From positions 6,721 through 70,720 of the IMG/VR virus record IMGVR_UViG_3300037461_001070: 64,000 nucleotides of DNA, one strand, 5' to 3'. A program made the translations under genes and the position numbers. Origin of the DNA: a virus (Duplodnaviria > Caudoviricetes). Below, one piece after another: positions 29,501-38,808 of this stretch; position 1 is the stretch's first letter, and each line of letters begins with the position of its first letter. The notes under the pieces are model-generated. The model did no database searches and had not been told where the DNA came from. It saw nothing but the letters and a program-made list of their open reading frames with translations.

Positions 29501-32203
29501 CTGACCCTCAAGATTCATGGCTATCCTAGATACTTCCGGATATTTTTTCTTGAATTCTTTTCCGTCTTCAAATGTATTGAAAGCATCAGCAATAGTATGA
29601 TCAGATCCTTCTTCTCCATCAAGAAGCGTCACTATTGTTGCTGTTGCTTTTCCTACATCGGATAATGGTACTCCAAATACTCTGGATACATCTCGTAATG
29701 CTCCTCTGCCTTTCATTTCAGAGTAGGTGCTGACCCCGGCAACGCTCCACTGCCCGTACAACCCTTCGAAATATTTCCTGACCAGAGGACGCTTGATGTC
29801 TTCGAAATCGAGGTCAATATCAGGAAGGTCGATCCGATCCGGCGAGATGAAACGCGCAAAGATAAGTCCAAATTCGAGTGGATCAACTCTAGTGATTCCC
29901 ATAAGGAAACAGATGAGCGATCCACCAGAACTTCCTCGTCCGGGTCCAACAAATATATCGTTCGACCTACACCAATTGACGAGATCCCATACGATAAGGA
30001 AATATCGTGCATATCCTTTTTCGACGATAATCTTGAGTTCTTCTTCATATCGTTTCCTATATTTTTTCTCGTTCTTTCCTGTTTTCTCGATCTTATTATA
30101 AATTCCATCTTCACAAATTCTTTTCAAGGCATCAATATCTTCTCTGTCTTTTAGCTTTGGAACTCTGGGTAGACTCACTGGAAGTTTTTTAATTTCGAAT
30201 CTACATTTTTCCGCAACTTCCATAGTATTTTCTATGGCTTCTTTATATTCTGAATTACTCAAACAGTTCTGTCCTCGAAAAGCTTTCGCCATTTCAGCTC
30301 TTGTCCGGAGATAATATCCGGAGCCCTGGAACTTCCATCGATTCGGATCATTCCATTTTTTGTTTGTTTGAATAGCAAGAAGAACTTCCTGACTTTTCTC
30401 GTCTTCCTTTCGAATATAATGACAATTATGAACGACAAAATTATCACAAGTATAAGAATTATCTTCCTCGACTTCGAAGTTATATACTTTTTTGGAGTAT
30501 GTCGATTCTTCTAATCCTTTAAATCGTGTACCAAAAAACTTATTCCCTTCGATAAATCTTCTTCTTATTATCTTCGGTTTTTTTATGATATTAAATCCAA
30601 ATATCTTGTCTATCTCATAAGCTTGAATCCCCGAAAAATTTACGAGATAAAGTTGGTTCCATCCTGTATCCATCATGTTTCTTCTTTCGGGGTTAGAATA
30701 AAATCCTAGAGAATTAAAAACACAACACATTTCATATGAAAGAATTTTTGACACTGACGCAGAAACTTGGATGAGCCCATCAACAATATGACCATCTTCT
30801 TCGACATACTCTTTTATTATTTTCAAGAGCTGTCTCTTTGAGAATTGTCTCATGAATGACTTATTATCAAAATATGGAAGATGTTTATTTTGGCTTCCCT
30901 TGCCACAAGTGTTATAGAAAAAATTATAAAAAATCACAGAGGAATAGAGTATTGCAATAAAATTCCCGCTTTTTCTTATGTATTCTTTGAACCCGAAACT
31001 TCTGAAATAATTTATAACGAGATTTATGTGGTCTTCCTTTTTTATATTGAACGAAAACCCAAACTGATAGCCATCATCAAGACTGCCTTGAGATATATAA
31101 TATCCGAGAATAGATAATAATTCGTCCGTTATTTCAAGAAACCTCGGAATATTTATATTCTTTTCGTCAGATCGGATTGTTCGAATGTACTCTTTATTGC
31201 CGACAATATAAGTCGTATCTTTTTTAAGATTAACCGGAGGGTCATAATAATCTAGCAGATCTATTTCGTTTTTATCATATTCGAGAAAGACATCTGCCTT
31301 TGAGATCTTCGGAGATAACAAATAATCTCCATTCTTTAATTCGATAGCTTTTTTCCATGAAAAATTTATCATTCTATGTTTTTTCTGGTCGTAATTACAA
31401 ACATAGTATGGATGATTTCCTGTGACCTCTCCTGATGATGTCCCCGCTGTAGTTTTTATCTTAAAGACTTTTTCGTTTTGTTTTAGGTTTCTCGAATTAA
31501 CGTGGACGATTTTTTTCCATCTCCCTTCGTGAGTATAGGCAAAATCTCCAATATTCACATCTTGAATTTTTTTTATTCCGCTTTTTTCAAGGACTAAAGA
31601 ATCTTCAACAAAGCAATCATTTGTTGCAATAAGTTTTAACCCATATTTATTGGACATTACCTGGGCTATTACATTTACATTTTTTTGCAGATCAAAATCA
31701 TGAGGCATAACCTCAAGATACAAATCATCTTTTTTGAAATGTAAAAGATTTTTCAGAAGATCTTCTCCCCAATCAAAGGTTAGAAATGAGCTGGCGCAAG
31801 CAGACATTATTATCAGGCCATCACAATTTTCAAGCAACCACTTTGGTTCTATTCGGGGGCGATAAAAGAAGCCTTCTATATTTGATTTGCTCAGGAGAGA
31901 AAGAATATTTGTCCAACCCACATCGTTTTTCGCAAGAAGAGTTATATGGCCTCTCTTCTCTCCTTTTTCATGAGAGGCCACATCCTCGACAATATACATC
32001 TCGACCCCAAAAATAGGAGTGATTCCTACGTCTTTACATGCGGTCTGAAATTTTATGGCTCCGCTAACATTTCCATGATCAGTAATGGCAAGATGAGTGA
32101 AACCCAGATCAATAGCAGCTTCAGCATATTGTCTGGGTTTTCCCACTCCATCGAGAATAGAATTTTCGGTATGAACATGTAAATGGCAGAAATCAGAACT
32201 CAT
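26507..32203 (-). CDS. dnaE: Family C DNA polymerase (DnaE) with two inteins and a C-terminal family-4 uracil-DNA glycosylase domain
   Basis: PHP HLHVH/TDHG/TND-CH, GRGSSGGS, PDIDLDF, KLDVLG, FNK-SH; UDG GEAPG and HPAS. Confidence 0.95.
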   Translation of the reverse strand: MSSDFCHLHVHTENSILDGVGKPRQYAEAAIDLGFTHLAITDHGNVSGAIKFQTACKDVGITPIFGVEMYIVEDVASHEKGEKRGHITLLAKNDVGWTNILSLLSKSNIEGFFYRPRIEPKWLLENCDGLIIMSACASSFLTFDWGEDLLKNLLHFKKDDLYLEVMPHDFDLQKNVNVIAQVMSNKYGLKLIATNDCFVEDSLVLEKSGIKKIQDVNIGDFAYTHEGRWKKIVHVNSRNLKQNEKVFKIKTTAGTSSGEVTGNHPYYVCNYDQKKHRMINFSWKKAIELKNGDYLLSPKISKADVFLEYDKNEIDLLDYYDPPVNLKKDTTYIVGNKEYIRTIRSDEKNINIPRFLEITDELLSILGYYISQGSLDDGYQFGFSFNIKKEDHINLVINYFRSFGFKEYIRKSGNFIAILYSSVIFYNFFYNTCGKGSQNKHLPYFDNKSFMRQFSKRQLLKIIKEYVEEDGHIVDGLIQVSASVSKILSYEMCCVFNSLGFYSNPERRNMMDTGWNQLYLVNFSGIQAYEIDKIFGFNIIKKPKIIRRRFIEGNKFFGTRFKGLEESTYSKKVYNFEVEEDNSYTCDNFVVHNCHYIRKEDEKSQEVLLAIQTNKKWNDPNRWKFQGSGYYLRTRAEMAKAFRGQNCLSNSEYKEAIENTMEVAEKCRFEIKKLPVSLPRVPKLKDREDIDALKRICEDGIYNKIEKTGKNEKKYRKRYEEELKIIVEKGYARYFLIVWDLVNWCRSNDIFVGPGRGSSGGSLICFLMGITRVDPLEFGLIFARFISPDRIDLPDIDLDFEDIKRPLVRKYFEGLYGQWSVAGVSTYSEMKGRGALRDVSRVFGVPLSDVGKATATIVTLLDGEEGSDHTIADAFNTFEDGKEFKKKYPEVSRIAMNLEGQIRNKGQHAAAIVISDEDLREGRRCAFTLGKDKELLVNWDKDDLEYMGLMKLDVLGLKMLTVLNDVKARVKKNHGQEINFDEIQLEGRKIFREFTKGNNIGCFQVGSQGLRKFCQRVKIDSFMELVHTTSLFRPGTLRSGAADIFIKRKHGEEDIPEQHPIIDKITKDTYGIILYQEQVMQLVHEVAGLDWKTAEKVRKIIAKSKGEEAFKEYEDQFVEGCLKRKTLSEDRARSLWNDLKSMGSYSFNKCLAGDTKVYRSSSGNHTKSPEITIKELYILWRSKTSTGEKYRRKGLYIQQLHEDGRIRPGKIKSVNYSGKQNVFEIKTSSGKIIKATKEHKFLSDNFDYVKVKDLKVGSSLFYMGDYEKTKRTPSDIPRFRGEGKSYSGNGFRFRADNIGFVDGRDSTLKETKKIVFERSKGKCESCGKKIYKYCKECGRIIKIGRPEFSHIKSIDKFNYDFVKYHSPKNILYLCNSCHKKFDYSKGERKIRHSKGRSAIKDPIVSIKPCGSEETFDIEMEGPNHNFIANGIISHNSHAVEYSVITFWGQWCKQNYPSEYLCSLLTYGIDKEETRNEYIEEAFRLGLEIRPPKIGISEADTWTERNGILYAPYIDIKGVGEKTAAKLSKLNDKKKKGFYKDGKSEITPKFQKILEDINAFKDEPLTDDMADSISSLLSISLVRNRMHKYKKLADLFRKAHNFKYIKDIDQKDIDKTHYLHFGEITEMKLGYRIDDKEKSGSAYGTIKDDTGNTKIYFGDDLYKRKKSLIEHCEGEIVLCLANSPRKAGNIICNDAWFLSEIMSGDIEGLDLDLIESNRFKNNDLGQCNDCDLRKECSGPVFSSSGRSNIMIIGEAPGRDEDRLKQGFIGDSGRLLWSELNRHGYTRRDFHVTNVCKCWPSKTKTPTKPQIKKCRRWLEEEIKKISPKLVLAIGNTNIKYFTDDDSGITQKNGICEWNEEYGLWISWVIHPASVLYSPDNRSLFENGIENFVNKIKIFGM
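26510..27030 (-). other. Uracil-DNA glycosylase family 4 domain of DnaE (approximate bounds)
   Basis: CNDC, IIGEAPGRDED...GFIG, TNVCKC, KKC, HPAS; four Cys for a 4Fe-4S cluster. Confidence 0.9.
27899..28756 (-). mobile_element. Intein 2 in DnaE (286 aa) with HNH-type endonuclease
   Basis: FNK|CLAGDT...NHNFIANGIISHN|SHA; internal CESC...SHI...NILYLCNSCH. Confidence 0.9.
30425..31615 (-). mobile_element. Intein 1 in the DnaE PHP domain (397 aa) with LAGLIDADG-type endonuclease
   Basis: TND|CFVEDS...VYNFEVEEDNSYTCDNFVVHN|CHY; degenerate LGYYISQG and EYVEEDG motifs. Confidence 0.9.
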
Positions 32204-32743
32204 TTAGTTGTCCTTTTTCTCTTCTTTGTTCTCATCATTATTAACTAAAAGATTTTTCCAGTCTATTTGCTTCCCTGTTAATAAGAACACTAGATCAGCG
32301 ACATTTCCAAGCATAAGAACCGGATTTCCGTCTTTGTCGAAATAATTGTCTTGGATATATTTTATCGCTGCCGGAATCATGTCGTAATCATCAGGGAATA
32401 TATCATATATTCGCTGTGAGCACTGATTCATACTTTCATATGTTATTATCCCATTATTCTTTTTTACGACCCTGAAACAATTTCCTACCATTGTCTGAGG
32501 CAATAACTCAAAAAACATTCTTGAATATTCTTGCCCATACAAAAATAAAGTATCTTTTGCTGGACGATAACCGATCCACTTATTTGTGAGAAGATATGTC
32601 TCTGCCGGAAAAAGAATCCATCGGAGAAAGTTAATCCATTTCGGAAGTATTTCTCCTATTTTTATTTTAGCAATTTTTGTTACAATAAACGATAATATTT
32701 TTCTTCTGATCTTCATCTTGTTTCTCCTTTTTATTGTTGCCAT
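32204..32743 (-). CDS. Hypothetical protein
   Basis: 179 aa ORF; may start at MKIRRK. Confidence 0.5.
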   Translation of the reverse strand: MATIKRRNKMKIRRKILSFIVTKIAKIKIGEILPKWINFLRWILFPAETYLLTNKWIGYRPAKDTLFLYGQEYSRMFFELLPQTMVGNCFRVVKKNNGIITYESMNQCSQRIYDIFPDDYDMIPAAIKYIQDNYFDKDGNPVLMLGNVADLVFLLTGKQIDWKNLLVNNDENKEEKKDN

Positions 32744-32991
32744 TTAATATTTATATTGAATCTATCCACAAGTGTTTTGAGCACATATTCAGAAGCAGTA
32801 TATGGAAATCCATTCTGCTTCTTAAATTGTTGTTCTGTTATTCCAATATATAAAGCATCATCAAGGACAATAAATTTATTTTCTGTAGTTTCAGCAAACG
32901 AAAATACAAAAACTGTCATTGATATCAGCCAAATAAAAAGAATGGAAAATAAAGAAATAAATATCATATTCATATTTATGTTTATCTTCAT
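32731..32991 (-). CDS. Single-TM/exported small protein
   Basis: N-terminal hydrophobic segment. Confidence 0.5.
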   Translation of the reverse strand: MKININMNMIFISLFSILFIWLISMTVFVFSFAETTENKFIVLDDALYIGITEQQFKKQNGFPYTASEYVLKTLVDRFNINIKWQQ

Positions 32992-33545
32992 TATTCCTCC
33001 TCTGGAAGTAATGAAAGCAATCTATCGCCAAATTCATTCTGCTTTTCGATTCGACGAGCTATCAATTCTATTTGCTGCACACAAATATTTATTTGCTTCA
33101 TGTCATCAGCTCTTTTATTTATTCTGGATTGAAGATCATCTCTTTCTGATTTTAACGACAATTCTGCTTTGGACTGGAGCATGATCGCAATATTATGAAG
33201 TTCATCTTTTTCTGAATATAAACTTCTCCAGAACCGTTGTGCAAATTTTACTTTATCTTTCAGGCCCAGGATTTCGCGATCTCTTTTATTTATATCTTCC
33301 TTGAAAACCTGGGCGATCCTGTTTATCTCGTGCTGACACACTCTATCTCTATCTTTATTGACTTGTTCTATTTCGTCTCTAATATCTTTCTCAAATTTAT
33401 CTTTTAATTTGAATTGTTCAAGACGAAGACGATTTATTTCTTTTTCATGTTCTATTTCCTGACGACGAAGAGCAGCTCTTACTTCGGATTGGGTTAATTC
33501 TTCCCAATCTCTTTTCCTGGCCAAAAATTTTTTCACAGCATTCAT
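32991..33545 (-). CDS. Coiled-coil hypothetical protein
   Basis: Charged heptads; coupled. Confidence 0.55.
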   Translation of the reverse strand: MNAVKKFLARKRDWEELTQSEVRAALRRQEIEHEKEINRLRLEQFKLKDKFEKDIRDEIEQVNKDRDRVCQHEINRIAQVFKEDINKRDREILGLKDKVKFAQRFWRSLYSEKDELHNIAIMLQSKAELSLKSERDDLQSRINKRADDMKQINICVQQIELIARRIEKQNEFGDRLLSLLPEEE

Positions 33546-33820
33546 TTTATCCTCGTAAGATTTGATTTTTTATCGGTCTCACTCAGATCTGTACTCGCTG
33601 ATTTCTTCTCAAATTCAGATTTTCTGATCCCCTTCGCACAAAATGGACATACACATAGATTATCGGCTAGGATTTCCCAATCTATTGAAGTCAAAAAATC
33701 AATAGCATCTTTCTTGGTTTCACCTTCATTCACATATAATGTCATTTCCTTCCAGCACAGATCTTCATCTACTGGATCATCACATGTAATAGTGAACAAA
33801 CTATAAAATTCGGTGGCCAT
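33542..33820 (-). CDS. Small Cys-containing hypothetical protein
   Basis: C...C and CPFC. Confidence 0.5.
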   Translation of the reverse strand: MATEFYSLFTITCDDPVDEDLCWKEMTLYVNEGETKKDAIDFLTSIDWEILADNLCVCPFCAKGIRKSEFEKKSASTDLSETDKKSNLTRIK

Positions 33821-33869
33821 GACAATTACCTCTACATGTATAATGCGAGTTAAATAAAATTATTTGATT

Positions 33870-34562
33870 TTATATTACTATGTCCAAGAATTTTTCTATT
33901 AAAAGCGCACAATTTCTGGCAAAATGAACCATATCTCTCAAGACCTCCGGAAGAGCTTCACCTGTTAATGGATTTATAAATGGAGTATACGTATCTATTA
34001 TCCTCGGAATCCATATATTTTTTTGGTACTCCCTTATAGTATTCATTTCTTTATCCCATTGTTCTTTTGTCTTCGTCACCAGAGAAAGAACGGTAGAAAA
34101 TACTGGAGGTATTAACATGATCCATGAATCGGGAAAGAGCAGATGTAATTTTTTCATGCCTGGCTCAGATAAAGGCATAAGATTCCTAAGAGGATAATTT
34201 CCGCCGATACTAATAGCTTTCTTTAAGAATCTTATTTTATTATAAATTTTGAGTCCATTTTTATCTGTTAAAAAATATAGAACCCATTCATCAGCAATCG
34301 TTCCTGGGACTCCCATATTCAGAACTATCGAATTAAATTCTTTCATAACTTCATATGAATCGAAAGTAGATATTTCCGAATCTCCGAACATAACAGATGT
34401 AGCTCCACCGAAAAAATCAGCGAGTCTAATCATCCACACAAATTGCCGGTGACGGCGTTCTGGTCCTCCGATCTTTTTCGATATTATTATTTTCTTTAAG
34501 ATCTTATGCCATATCCACTGAAAAATTTTATTCTTTGTCTTTCCTTTCATTTTCTTCTCCAA
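33870..34562 (-). CDS. Hypothetical protein
   Basis: 230 aa ORF. Confidence 0.55.
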   Translation of the reverse strand: MEKKMKGKTKNKIFQWIWHKILKKIIISKKIGGPERRHRQFVWMIRLADFFGGATSVMFGDSEISTFDSYEVMKEFNSIVLNMGVPGTIADEWVLYFLTDKNGLKIYNKIRFLKKAISIGGNYPLRNLMPLSEPGMKKLHLLFPDSWIMLIPPVFSTVLSLVTKTKEQWDKEMNTIREYQKNIWIPRIIDTYTPFINPLTGEALPEVLRDMVHFARNCALLIEKFLDIVI

Positions 34563-34717
34563 AATATTTTGTTATTATATTCTTTACATATTCTAATCTA
34601 ATAAATTTTCCTAATTCTCCGAAATCATGGGCGTTATATTCTATGTCGTTGATAATTTTTTTGATATTTTCACTTTCTAGTTTAAGTGCTCGCTCATAAA
34701 AAGTTGACTCACCCATA
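34528..34717 (-). CDS. Hypothetical protein (approximate start, near MGESTF)
   Basis: Within track ORF 34528-34782; start moved downstream to avoid overlap. Confidence 0.35.
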
Positions 34718-34729
34718 TTATTTACCTTA

Positions 34730-34954
34730 TTATTCTGGCAATTCAAAATCTTCTTCGAGATCATCGGGTGGTTCCGGTGCAATGTATCCCGATATATGGC
34801 CCCATGTTTTATTGCCTTGTTGGTATATTCTTATTTTTGTTTCGTCAAACATCTCCATATCGTGCTGATCAACGATTTCTTTTAGTGTCTCAAATTGTTC
34901 CCATGATATTTCAATCATACTTGTTTTTAATTCTTCCTTCACTTTTTTACTCAT
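34730..34954 (-). CDS. Acidic hypothetical protein
   Basis: 74 aa; GAGG SD. Confidence 0.55.
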   Translation of the reverse strand: MSKKVKEELKTSMIEISWEQFETLKEIVDQHDMEMFDETKIRIYQQGNKTWGHISGYIAPEPPDDLEEDFELPE

Positions 34955-34965
34955 ATTATCATCCT

Positions 34966-36375
34966 CTATTTTTTTGATAGCCTTGAATCAAGATATGGTC
35001 TACCTATATCCAGACATCTGAGAACTATTGCTTCTGTAGTCCTACTGAATCTCCGATATCGATCTGCGATCACACAAAATCTATGCACTCCTTTTTCTTC
35101 ATCATCTTCATTTTGATTTATGGCAATAGCAAGAGTGACATGATTCAATTTTCTATTGTCTTCGCTCAAATCACTTTGCCTGATATCTCGATCGAATGTT
35201 GCTTTGTTACTATGTGATGCGGTTATGATTGCCATTGATCGGTCTTGTCCGACTCCCCGTAATGCTTGCCAGGTCTCATCTATTTGATGCCGTCTCTCCC
35301 CTCCTCTTTCCGGGGATAATATATCAGCATAATCAAGAACAATTGCGTCAGGAATAAACTTTTCATAATATTCAAGATTATCAAGTAAAGGTATGATTCC
35401 ACCTCTGACACTAAGACTTCCGGCGGGAAAGCATTCCAAATGTAATTTTTTATCTTTCACAAGTAATTGCAAAGACTCAAGTTTTCTGACAATACTTTTT
35501 GGACTTATTCTTTTCTTTATTTCTTTTCTGTAATTTATGATCCCGTTCATATCATAATTTTTATCGAAATAAGGAATATCCACCATTTCCTCTACAGAAT
35601 ATTCGTTCTCACTTGGTTCAAGTTCTCCGTTTAATCTCTGATATATACGAACAAGCATTTGTTCTTTTGGCATTTCCAAACTAATATATAGAATATTGAG
35701 TCTATTTATCATGGCCAGAATAGCCATTTCCTGAAGCAGCCAGCTCTTAGATCTTTTTGCAGGAGCTACAATCGCAACAAAATCTTTTCTTTTGATTGGA
35801 CGAATAAGTTTTCCCAGGTCTCCAGGGAATTGGAATAATGTGTCCTCAACATCTGATCTGACAGCATCAACGGCAGCTCCGGTATCTCTGACAACATCAA
35901 TACCAGAACTACTTCCTTTTTCTATTCTTTGAAATCCTGCAATCAATGATTCGGCTCGGATAAAGTCTCCCGAAAACACAGCAGCTTTTATCTGATCAGT
36001 AAGATTTTCTAAGCTTATTGACTTGAAATATTTTACGGCTTTATCTATTTCATAATCAACATTAAAATTTATGTCTTCATCGACATATTTTTCATTGATG
36101 CTGCTTAGAAACGTGTCTATCAGCTCCAAATCATCTTCACCACGAATCATTAACTTATTGCTTTCGAGAAGAGATTTGATATTGTCTGATGGTGCTATTT
36201 CATATTCATCATAGTATTGGATACATAATTTTGCTATGATACGAGCATATTTAAGAGTAAATAGATCGGGCCTGAATATCGGGCGAATACCCGCCAGAAA
36301 TTCTGTGGATACAATCATTCCGGTAATGATGTCTCGCTCATCACTTTTATTTATTATCTTTCTCTGATATTGCAT
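34966..36375 (-). CDS. DnaB/gp41-like replicative helicase
   Basis: APAKRSKS P-loop, ISLEM, IVLDYADIL, ITASH, EDNRKL. Confidence 0.85.
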   Translation of the reverse strand: MQYQRKIINKSDERDIITGMIVSTEFLAGIRPIFRPDLFTLKYARIIAKLCIQYYDEYEIAPSDNIKSLLESNKLMIRGEDDLELIDTFLSSINEKYVDEDINFNVDYEIDKAVKYFKSISLENLTDQIKAAVFSGDFIRAESLIAGFQRIEKGSSSGIDVVRDTGAAVDAVRSDVEDTLFQFPGDLGKLIRPIKRKDFVAIVAPAKRSKSWLLQEMAILAMINRLNILYISLEMPKEQMLVRIYQRLNGELEPSENEYSVEEMVDIPYFDKNYDMNGIINYRKEIKKRISPKSIVRKLESLQLLVKDKKLHLECFPAGSLSVRGGIIPLLDNLEYYEKFIPDAIVLDYADILSPERGGERRHQIDETWQALRGVGQDRSMAIITASHSNKATFDRDIRQSDLSEDNRKLNHVTLAIAINQNEDDEEKGVHRFCVIADRYRRFSRTTEAIVLRCLDIGRPYLDSRLSKK

Positions 36376-36457
36376 TCTTATTTTATTTCTATTTTTGTGA
36401 GTCTTGTTTTTATTACAAACACCTTATTTATATAATGCTAGGCCCAAAAAATTATTT

Positions 36458-36718
36458 TTACTTTTCTTGAAATAATTCTCGTAGATAAAAATATAATCTT
36501 TCTGCTTGTTCTGCTCTGAGATAAATTTTCTTGTTGTCATCGCCAATCTGTCTGTATTCAAGACAAAAAGAAAATTCTTTTGCTGATGGGTTGAATACAA
36601 TATCTAGGTATGGAGCAATCATGGCTCTGTCCAGGCCATAAAGAGGTTCATTATCTCTCCAGTTCTGATGTTCTTCGATTATTTTTTCTATTACTTTCAT
36701 CTCATACCTCGCTTGCAC
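36458..36718 (-). CDS. Hypothetical protein
   Basis: 86 aa ORF. Confidence 0.45.
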   Translation of the reverse strand: MQARYEMKVIEKIIEEHQNWRDNEPLYGLDRAMIAPYLDIVFNPSAKEFSFCLEYRQIGDDNKKIYLRAEQAERLYFYLRELFQEK

Positions 36719-38159
36719 TTATCTGATATCTTGATCTCACACCTTCACTGCATCTACTTTTCTTTTTCTTATCCCATTCATCTTTTTCCATTTTATCTGT
36801 TATTTCTGTTTCTTCTTCTTTTGCTTTTAATTCCAGAACATTATGGAATGCTTTCTTAGCTTTTTCTATTTCTTCTTTGTTTGGTTCAAGATTAACTCCA
36901 TGCCTAGATTTTATCCAGACCACATATTTTTTCCAACAGGCTTGATTACCTATATGAGATATAGTAAATACTCCCTGATCAAAATAACGCTCCATAATAA
37001 AAGCAATATGAGTTTTAAACCACATCTCTCCTTTTATTTGATTTGGGGTACTATATATCCCTATCCGATCATTATAATCCATGCTTCTGGTACAGACAAA
37101 ATTTACGCATCGTATAAATTCTGCTTCTTCGATATCATTCATTTTATTTAATCTAAACGCTTTTTTGTAGAGGTCATAAGCGACCTGATCCTTTATTTTT
37201 TCTCTTGATCTCTTGGGTTCTCGCCCTGGTCCAGCCAAGGTCAGGAAAAATGATGTGTGTGTTGAAGCATTATATAAAAATTCTTCAAATGATTTCGGAA
37301 ACTTATTTTTATAGATCGGCCCAAAATCAGGGCCACACATATCATTAAAACGCTTGATTGCAGTCCGAATCTCATCGTCAGAATGCTTCCTGGAAAGCTC
37401 AGATGGCCCTATTCCGTTAGTTTTGGCATAGTCTGGGGCAATGTCATGGATCTTACCGAAAAGCCCGGCCTGAAGCAAATGGAGCAGACTCAGGGCATTC
37501 CAGACAGTTTTCGTCGGGGAATCTATGTTAATAACATGCTTTCGTTTAATATTTGGCTGGTTATTCCAATCCTCAATAAACGGGATGTATGGTTTTAATT
37601 TTTCGGGAATTGGCTTTTTGTTATTTCGGGAAGTTTTTTTATTTGAATCATCAGAATATTCCGCTTCGTCAGAAGCGGTATCTTTATCTTTAGATAAAGA
37701 TTTAATAGAGGGATTAGTAATAGAGGGATCTTTTGGCTCGACTTTTGAGTCGAGTGCGCACCCTACTTTTGAGTCGAGTGCGGATTCCACCCTACTTTTG
37801 AGTCGAGTGGCAGTTTCATCCTTACTTTCAAGTAAAATTTCGTAGTTTGGTCCGGGTCTGAAGCAACTATATGTTCCTTTCTGACTTTTTTTTATGTATT
37901 TTTCGAGAACAAGAGCTTCTTCAAGTTTTTTGAATCTTCTGGCGATCATCTCCCGGTTTGATATTCTAAGTATAGGGAGATCGTCGATGACAGCCTGATA
38001 TTTTACCCATTTATATTCAATATCATTGTCTGTTATCACTGTCGTCATTTTATTCGTCGCGAAGAAATCTACGAACCATCTGAGAATGATGGCATCCGTT
38101 CCATCGAGATCAAGAACAACCATTGCCTGTTGATTAAATCCTTCAATCGTGTATTTCAT
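36702..38159 (-). CDS. Replication initiator (N-terminal wHTH, lambda O-like organisation)
   Basis: YTIEGFNQ...IILRWFVDF...DLPIL...IARRFKKL wHTH; internal iterons; upstream of helicase. Confidence 0.7.
   Translation of the reverse strand: MKYTIEGFNQQAMVVLDLDGTDAIILRWFVDFFATNKMTTVITDNDIEYKWVKYQAVIDDLPILRISNREMIARRFKKLEEALVLEKYIKKSQKGTYSCFRPGPNYEILLESKDETATRLKSRVESALDSKVGCALDSKVEPKDPSITNPSIKSLSKDKDTASDEAEYSDDSNKKTSRNNKKPIPEKLKPYIPFIEDWNNQPNIKRKHVINIDSPTKTVWNALSLLHLLQAGLFGKIHDIAPDYAKTNGIGPSELSRKHSDDEIRTAIKRFNDMCGPDFGPIYKNKFPKSFEEFLYNASTHTSFFLTLAGPGREPKRSREKIKDQVAYDLYKKAFRLNKMNDIEEAEFIRCVNFVCTRSMDYNDRIGIYSTPNQIKGEMWFKTHIAFIMERYFDQGVFTISHIGNQACWKKYVVWIKSRHGVNLEPNKEEIEKAKKAFHNVLELKAKEEETEITDKMEKDEWDKKKKSRCSEGVRSRYQISASEV
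37681..37809. repeat. Iteron-like repeats, candidate replication origin
   Basis: ACTTTTGAGTCGAGTG at 37741, 37765, 37794; inverted repeat TCTTTATCT/AGATAAAGA 37681-37700; AATAGAGGGAT twice. Confidence 0.75.
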
Positions 38160-38539
38160 ATGTTCTGATCCTTGTATCTTTCTTGTCTAAAAATATTCGG
38201 AAGTTCTCCGAGAAGGAAATCTCGGTATGATATCCATCTCGTAATCTCTGACATGGTTGGATTTATTTTCCGAATTACAGTCGAGATCTGGCTGAACAGA
38301 AATTGAGTATATCCAGACCCATGGTCTAAAATACTTTTTGGGATAAGATCTTCTGGTCTTATTGCCGGAATAGATTCAAATTCTTTTAAGCAAGAATGAT
38401 ATATCATATGGATTGCTGACGGAAGAGCTACAAGATTTTTAATATTATTATTTTCTCTGTCGAAGTCAAGATGATGGACTTCGAATCCTTCAGGGATTTC
38501 TTCTCCAGTTTTCTCTTCGTAAAACTTTCTATAATCCAT
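38156..38539 (-). CDS. HNH endonuclease
   Basis: EVHHLDFDRENNNIKNLVALPSAIHMIYH. Confidence 0.85.
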   Translation of the reverse strand: MDYRKFYEEKTGEEIPEGFEVHHLDFDRENNNIKNLVALPSAIHMIYHSCLKEFESIPAIRPEDLIPKSILDHGSGYTQFLFSQISTVIRKINPTMSEITRWISYRDFLLGELPNIFRQERYKDQNI

Positions 38540-38541
38540 AA

Positions 38542-38793
38542 CTATTCCACTCCCGCTAATATTTCCTGGGCTTTCTTCTTTGTTTTTCTTATTTTCTTTT
38601 CTTCTTCGATTTCTTTGCGGCGTTCTGTGATGATTTTGTTAAGGCGGGTCTTGACTTCGATGATCAAATTCAACATATCCTGTTCGTATGTTGCTGGTGT
38701 GGTCTTGATTCTGATCCCGAACTTTGAATTTGAATAGGGTTGGAGTGTGGCGAGCTCTGAGTATTCGATTTCTAGGACATCAAGTTCTTTCAT
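38542..38793 (-). CDS. Hypothetical coiled-coil protein
   Basis: 83 aa; GGAG SD. Confidence 0.55.
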   Translation of the reverse strand: MKELDVLEIEYSELATLQPYSNSKFGIRIKTTPATYEQDMLNLIIEVKTRLNKIITERRKEIEEEKKIRKTKKKAQEILAGVE

Positions 38794-38808
38794 GTATGTC
38801 TCCTTTTA

